Assembly: GCF_006345805.1 (NCBI RefSeq)
Contig: NC_043012.1
Coordinates: forward strand, 16,864,001-16,928,000
Reading direction: 5' to 3'
DNA: 64,000 nucleotides
Source: Octopus sinensis
Taxonomy: Eukaryota
In this document: positions 55,101 through 63,200 of the stretch, piece after piece
Layout: each line of letters starts with the position of its first letter
Position numbering within the stretch: the first letter of the stretch is position 1
Position numbers and translations under genes: made by a program
Notes under the pieces: model-generated
The model's input: the letters and a program-made list of their open reading frames with translations, nothing else
Told to the model about the DNA's origin: nothing
The model's database searches: none

Positions 55101-58100
55101 TTACGTGCCATCTGCCTTAACAAATTCCCTCAGATCCATGCATGTATGGAAAAGTAGATGCTAAAAGTGGATCGTGATGATGATGACTAAAAGCTAGTCA
55201 AAGCTGTAATAGACAGAATTGGTTATTCCAAGGCCATTAAAAATGTATGACTTTTTCTCAATTTTACCACCATTATATAATTATTATGCAAATGAATGAT
55301 GTAAAAAATAACTATGTAACATGTTCTGTTGAATTTTCTCAGAATTTGCCTACGAAATCAAGTGCCATAAAAAATTTGTCTGATACTAAAAGAAATAGTA
55401 CGGTAAGTTTGAATTTCATTGGTTAATAATCACTCGGTTTCTGATTGTTGTTTGTGATAAATTATTCGATTATTGATTTTAGCCCTTGTTTACAGTCCAA
55501 TGGCTGAATAAAGTAAAGGATAGAAAATAAAAGAGAAAAAACTTATAAACCTTTAATATATATTTGGTAGTATACTATGACTGATTGTTTCTTTAGCAGT
55601 GTAAGTTTTTACAGGGTTGGGTTGCTAGCTCAATTCCTAACCCTCCTCCTTTCTGATCATGGACTTGGGGCCAGGCCATGGTGGAAGATGACAGCAAAAA
55701 GTTGTCCGCCAGCTCAGGAAGTTCCTAAGAATCTTTTATTGAGACAGAGTGACAAATGAAGCCATTCTCCAAACAGCAAGAGTAAGGCCCCTGTATGCAA
55801 TTGTAACTGAATGACAAATGAGAATGGCTGGTCATGTACGAAAATTGCCAGAGGAGAGGTTTGCCAAAACAGCCATGGGCTGGACACCGGTGGCGGGTAA
55901 GAGAAAAAGAGGCTGGCCAAGGAAGACATGGCATAGTACCTTCAAAGAAGACCTATGAGACTGAACATCACCTGGAAAGAAGCAAACCAGTTGGCCAGGG
56001 ATGGAGATAATTGGCGATCTCTGACTGCCTGATGTGCCGCTCAAAGGCACCAATGGACATCATCATCATCATCACCACTGCCGCTGCCGCATCATCATCA
56101 TCATCATCATATTCATCTTGGGGAAATTTCAAATCTGGGTTCTCATTCCTAAAGCATTTTTCGATTTTATTATTATTATTAATATATGCCCATGGGTATA
56201 TGGCGTAGTGGTTAAGAGCATGGACTACGAACCCCAAGATTCCAAGTTCGATTCCAGGTAGTAACCTGAATAATAATAATAATGATAATAATAATAACAT
56301 CGAGAAATACCTTAAGAATGAGAACCCAGGTTCGAAATTTCCCCAGCACACCTGATGAAGGCTGGAGGGTATATCAGCCGAAACGTTGTATTAACAACAA
56401 ACAAGATGAGAACAAATATCTGTCAAATGTGAATAATGTAAATAATGTAAATAATGTACATAATTCCTCATCTCTTAGATGTAGAAGTATATTTAGTTGT
56501 TGAAATAATATTTGTAAATGGAGGTTTCTGTGGCCAATAGGTATTTATATATATATTTCTTTGAATTTTAATTATTTCTGTGGTAAAAATGAGCCTAAAA
56601 ATTAATGAATTAATAAATAGAAATAGAGTAGAGCACTGCACTGTATAACACATTAATTAAAATATATCAAAAGAAAATATGCAGTGTAGCATAGATGAGT
56701 AAACGAAGAATCATACATTTGTATGAAAAACAAAACTTGGGAGGCGAGTTTGTGGTGTTGTTTTGCATTTATAATTAAAAAAATATATACATCATCATCG
56801 TTTAACGTCCGTTTTCCATGCTAGCATGGGTTTGATGGTTTGACCAGGATCCGGAAAGCCAGAAGGCTGCACCAGGCTCCAGTCTGATCTGGCAGTGTTT
56901 CTACAGCTGGATGCCCTTCCTAATGCCAACCTTCCTAACACCAAATTATAAAAATGATAAAATATATATACAGTACAGTACTGTTTCTACTGTTGCGGAT
57001 TTTCGTCTATCATGGCAGGTTTTGGAACAAAACACCTATAATAGTCAAGGGATTAGTGTATTTGAATTCCAGCAATAGACAGGGGAGTTAATCCTGAAAT
57101 AGACCAGAATCACATTCATCAGGCAGTGTTGTAATTTCAGTTGCTTAGACATGGAAACCAGGCTAAGATCCAACTTTATAGGTTCTAGGGCCCAGAAAAG
57201 ACCTAATTCTATATATTAGTTAATTCATTATAAAATTGTATTTTCTGTAAGATTATTGTTTTCTGTGAACTAATCTGTATTCTTTTTTTTCTTTTTCTTC
57301 TGCAGACAATTGACCATCGTATGTATAATGCAGTCCATGCGTATACAACAGCACGGCAAGAGATTGCAATTCTTCAGTCTCTTCATCATCCACAGATTGT
57401 TGAACTTTTGGGCGTCGTTATTCATCCTTTGGCCTTAGTTCTTGAATTGGCACCACATGGCTCACTGAATTCTTTATTGAAAACATATCGAGATAAGCAA
57501 GACATGCTGCCTGTGTTTGCTGTTAAAAATGTTATATTACAGGTTTGTAGTCAATGAGTCTCTTTCTGAAATTACTATTGTTGTTAACCACTTCGATACC
57601 AACCCGGCTGAAACCACCTCTGGCTCTGTAGTACAAATGTCTTGTTTTCATAAGTTCTGAATTAAAATCTTCCATCAAACCTTAGTCAAAACTTATGTTC
57701 CTAATACTAGCTTAATGATAACTAAATTACTTTACTAAATTCTTAGTTATATTTAAAATTAACTGAAAGAAACACAGAACATCTCAACAGAAATATGGTT
57801 AACAAAGGGTTAACAGATTATTAATTTAACCCTTTTGATACCAAACTGGCTGAAATCACCTCTGGCTCTGTAGTACAAACGTCTTGTTTTCAAATGTTCT
57901 GAATTAAAATCTTCCACCAAACCTTAGTCACAATTTAAGTTCCTAACACTAGCTTAATGGTAACTAAATTACTTTACTAAATTCTTAGTTATATTTAAAA
58001 TTAACTGAAAGAAACACAGAGCATCTCAAAAGAAATACGGTAATGAAAGGGTTAAGGTAGCAAGTTAGCAGAATGGTTACTGCACTAGGCAAAATGCTTT

Positions 58101-60057
58101 GTGACATTTTGTCCATCTTTAGGTTCGGAGTTTAAATTCTATCGAAGTAAACTTTGCCTTTCATCCTCCTCTCAGGTTGATGTAATCTATTTGCTCCCTC
58201 CCCCAACATTGCTGGCTTTGTGCCAAAATTTGAAACAATAGATTTTTTTCAGTTCTGTATGTAAGAGATGAGGAATTATTATTATTATTATTATTATTAG
58301 CATTATTATTACATCGTAAAATATCTTAGGAACGAGAATCCAGGTTCAAAATTTCCCCAAGACACCTGATGAAGGCTGGAGGGTATATCAGCTGAAACAT
58401 TGTGTTAATGACACACAATATGAGGACAAATATCTGTTAAATGTAAATAATAGATTTTTTTTCTTTTTTTTATTTCTTTATTGCCCACAGGGGGCTAAAC
58501 ATAGAGGGTACAAACAAGGGCAGGCAAAGGAATTAAGTCTATTACATTGACCCCAGTGCATAACTGGTACTTATTTAATCAATCCCGAAAGGATGAAAGG
58601 TAAAGTCGACCTCGGCAGAATTTGAACTCAGAACGTAAATACGCCAGCTCGCCTCCTTTGAAACCAATAGATTAAGCTCAGGCAAAGCGGCAAGCTAGCA
58701 GAATCCTTAATGTGCTGGGCAAAATGTGTAACAGTATTTTATCTGTCTTTACCTTCATCATCGCCATCCATCATTTTAAATCCAGGTTTTGTCCCCGTTA
58801 ATGGGGGTGGCCAGATCTACCTCAATGCCACAACAACTGCCCTCACACCATCTCTCCATCTTGCCCTTCTCAAGCTAACCTTTCCAATCTCATCCTCCAC
58901 CTGTCCCCTCCATATTTCCTTTGGTCTACCTCACTTTTGTTGTCCATTTACCTCAAACACAATCACCCTACTCAGAACATGATCCTCATCCCTCCTCAAC
59001 ACATGCCCATACCACCGCACTCCATTTGCCCTTGCCAGCCGTTCCACTGATTCATCCAACCCCAGCATCCTCATCAAGTCCTTAGGCCTCCTCTTATCAA
59101 ACAGCCTCATGTCACACATTTCTCTCACCATTGCTCTCTCAGTCCTTCTCAGAATTACCATCTCTCTCTCTCATTCCCATACAGCATTGCAGCTCTCACA
59201 CAACTCCTGTAGACCTTACCTTTGAGTTCAAATTCCACCAAGGTCCAAGTTTGCCTTTCATACTTTTAGGGTCAGTGAAATAAGTACCAGCTGAGCAATG
59301 GGGGTCAATGTAATCGACTTGCTCCCTCCCACAACATTGCTGGCCTGGTGCTAAAATTTGAAACCAGTTTATATATATATATCATGTAATCACGTGACCG
59401 ACCAGGCCATCAGATGTTGTTACACATCGCTGGTCACAATGCACTTCGCATTGTTTTTTAGCCTTCGAATGACACCACCCCGCTGGCTAAGCGAGCAGGC
59501 CATATATATATGTACTCCATGGAAATCAGGAAACCAGCCCTATGAATCTCTATGACTTGGGAGGGATCTTGATCCTTATTATTATGACCTTTATTACCAA
59601 GATTATTTTATCGGATATGTTCATTTTTTTAAAGAAAGTATATGGTGTGATTTGAAGTAAATTTGGTTGCTATTTCTAATCATATTGAGACTCTCTTCAT
59701 TAGTTACAAACTCTTTATAAATTAATTACTACATGTGGTTCAGTAGCAGATTTATTATGAACTCATTGTTTCATACAATTTGGTATGCAATAACATGTAG
59801 GATTATATAATATTATGTTATAAGGTGTTTATGTGTCTTTGTCACATTCTCAGATAATGTTCCATGATAGATTTATAAGGAAATATGTACCATTGACATA
59901 ATGGTTACATATCAAAATTCCCAGCAAAGAATTGATAAATATACCATTTGATTCAATTAGGAATGAGGGGGTTAGTATAGTGTTTTTGTGCTTTGCTGTT
60001 GATTTGCCCTGACCTGTTTCATAAGTTCCCTTTTCTTTCACCACACACACACACACA

Positions 60058-60119
<62 letters not shown>

Positions 60120-60231
60120 GTTATGTGCCATTGTGTGTTTGAGTCTGGTGAGTCACCTATACATCTAAGTGCTTTATAGGTGTGAAACCAATGGTTACTC
60201 TCTGACCAGCCATAACAATTACCTTTAAATG

Positions 60232-60266
<35 letters not shown>

Positions 60267-63200
60267 GTTAAAGAGGTCAACAAACATTAATCCGTTCCAG
60301 CACTTACCTAGCGTACCTGATCGTTTAGATCACCTGTGAACTAAACCCCCATACTTTGTCATCATCATCATTATCATCGTTTAGCCATGCTGGGGTCTGG
60401 GAAGCCAGAAGGCTGCACCAGGCCCAGTCTGATCTGGCAATGTTTCTACGGCTGGATGCCCTTCCTAACGCCAACCACTCCATGAGTTTGTGGGTGCTTT
60501 TTACGTGCCAGACGAGGCTAGCAAACGGCCATGATTGGATGGTGCTTTTTACGTGCCACCGGCATGGAGGCCAGGTGAGGCTGGCAAACGGCCACGATCG
60601 GATGGTGCTTTTTACGTGCCACCGGCACGGAGGCCAGTTGGGGCGGCGCTGGCAACGGCCACATTCGGATGGTTCTCTTATGTGCCACCGGCACTGGTAT
60701 CACAGCTATGATTTCCATTGATGTTGATCGATTTTGATTTCGATTTTGATTTTCACTTGCCTCAACAGGTTTTCACAAGTAGAGTTTTATGTCCCACATA
60801 TACACACACACACACACACTTAATGAGCTTCTGTGTATGACGGTGATGTGTTTTGAAATATTTCTTAACATAATAATCCTTCAAGTCTTCTCCATTTTTT
60901 AAAAAGTCTTATCTCTTCCTTTTTTTTCCCCACCTTTCAGATTGCTTCAGCATTATCTTATCTCCATTCAAAAGGAATAATCTACCGCGACCTTAAATCG
61001 GAAAACGTCCTTGTCTGGTCATTCCCCATTCCACTTACAGTAAAGCCTGACTTCCACGTTGATGTCAGACTTGCTGACTACGGCATCAGTCGTATGTCCC
61101 TACCGACTGGAACTAAAGGCTTTGGTGGAACGCCACCTTTCATTGCTCCAGAGATACTTCAACATGTTGGAAAGGACATCTATACAGATAAGGTAAGAGA
61201 TCTAATTAAAGGGTTATTTTTTTAATCTTTTTTTTTTTTTTACTTGTTTCAGTCATTTAACTGTGGCCATGCTGGAGCACTGTCTTGAATGTTTGTTTTT
61301 TTTTCTTTTTTGTTTCTATGTTCCTACAGATAGAAAATTTCTTTTCTTTTTTTTAACCCATTTTGTTTCAGTCATTGGACTGTGGCCATACTGGGGCACA
61401 ACCTTGAAAAGTTCTCTTGGACAAATCAATTCTTGGTGATTTTTTTTTTTAAACTGGTGCTTATTCTGCTGGTCAGTTTTGTCAAACCACTAAGTTACGG
61501 GGATGTAAATAAACCAACACCAGTTGTTAAGCATGGGGCAGGGGATACAAACACAAAGACACACACACATATGTAATGTACTGTTCCATGATGACATGAT
61601 GGTCAAGGCAAGAAGGACTCCATCTGGTGAGAGATAAATATTCTTTAATAAACACAATATATATTTCTAGGAGCTGGCTTTGCTTATTTCAGATTTCTTA
61701 AGAGTGTAATATGATGGATATTTGCCTGCTGTTTCTAGCAAGTGAACCCGTTTGTTGCCAGATTTCTGTTGAAATACTTAGCCTAGTTTCATCCCCGAGG
61801 ATTGCATGAAAGCACCAAGCATGTTATAAAATGCTGTCTGAATTGTTTTTATCGTATGAAACTGTTAGTAGCTCATAAGAATATATACTGTATTTATTAA
61901 ATAATACACACACACACACAGAAGCTTCCACACAATTCCCACCTACCAAATTCACTCATGAAGCATTGGTTGACCTAGTTCTATGGTAGGAGACACTTTA
62001 CCCAAGATGTTGTGGAGTGGAACTGATCTGAAAGCCATTAGCTAAGAATATGAAGTATGACAGGTAAAAAAACCCAAAACAAAAGAAGAGAGTTATGTCC
62101 CTTGTGAAGGCCACATCCCAGAAGCTTTTTATGGCCTCTGTTCTTAAGTATTGAATAACAAACTCCTGAGACCATTAGTTGTAGTTCAATTTCAGGTCAG
62201 CCCTGATGAAGCAGAATTAGGATAAAAAGCCATCTTGCCTTGACCATCATTAGTAAGAGGTTTATTACCTCAAACTGTATGTTTTGTAAAAGAACAATGT
62301 TTTAGAGAAGCAGCGATGGATGGGCGTCTTCTGCCTGCCCTCATTAATACCATTTTTTTTTTTCATCATTCATCTCATTAATGTTTTTGTCCAACCTGCA
62401 GCTACTACTTCTATGTAATGCCTTGATGGTAAATTGAATGAAATAAAGAAGCTTGCTTAACAACCACATGGTTCCGGGTTCAGTCCCACTGTGTAGCAAC
62501 TTGGGCAAGTGTCTTCTACTATAGCCTCAGGCTAACCAAAGCCTTGTGAGTAGATTTGGTAGATGGAAACTGAAAGAAGCCCGTCGTATATATGTATATA
62601 TTTGTATATGTATGTGTGTGTATATGTTTGTGTGTCTGTGTGTGTCCTCCCAACATTGCTTGACAACCGATGGTGGTGTGGTTACGTCCCCGTAGCCTAG
62701 CAGTTTGGCAAAAGAGACCAATAGAATAAGTACTAGGCTTACAAAGAATAAGTCCTATGGTCAATTTGCTCGACTAAAGGTGGTGCTCCAGCATGGCCGC
62801 AATTAAATGACTGAAACACGTCAAAGAGTACCCATACAAAACACTTCTGGGCCTTTATTTGATTGCTTGGTCTGCTAGAAATAACAACTATATCTATTTC
62901 AGCTTTTTAATTGGATAATATCTTAAATGCTTTGTCTTGGAATACAAAAATAAAATGGTTATTGTTAGAATTTCTTTGGTTATAAGTAAGTTTGATATAT
63001 ATTTTTTATTCGTCTGGCACCTGTGTCGGTGGCACATAAAAAGCACCATCCAAGTGTGGCCGTCTGCCAGCCTTGTCTGGCACCTGTGTCGGTGGCACAT
63101 AAAAAACACCATCCGAGCGTGGCCGTTCGCCAGCCTCGTCTGGCACCTGTGTCGGTGGCACATAAAATCACCCACTACACTCTCGGAGTGGTTGGCATTA

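Noticed and set aside
60490-60700. CRISPR-like repeat/spacer appearance of the 63-bp units (also 20995 and 63012)
   Set aside because: The spacers are homologous to each other, the arrays are part of a dispersed SINE-like family in a eukaryotic intron, and there are no cas genes
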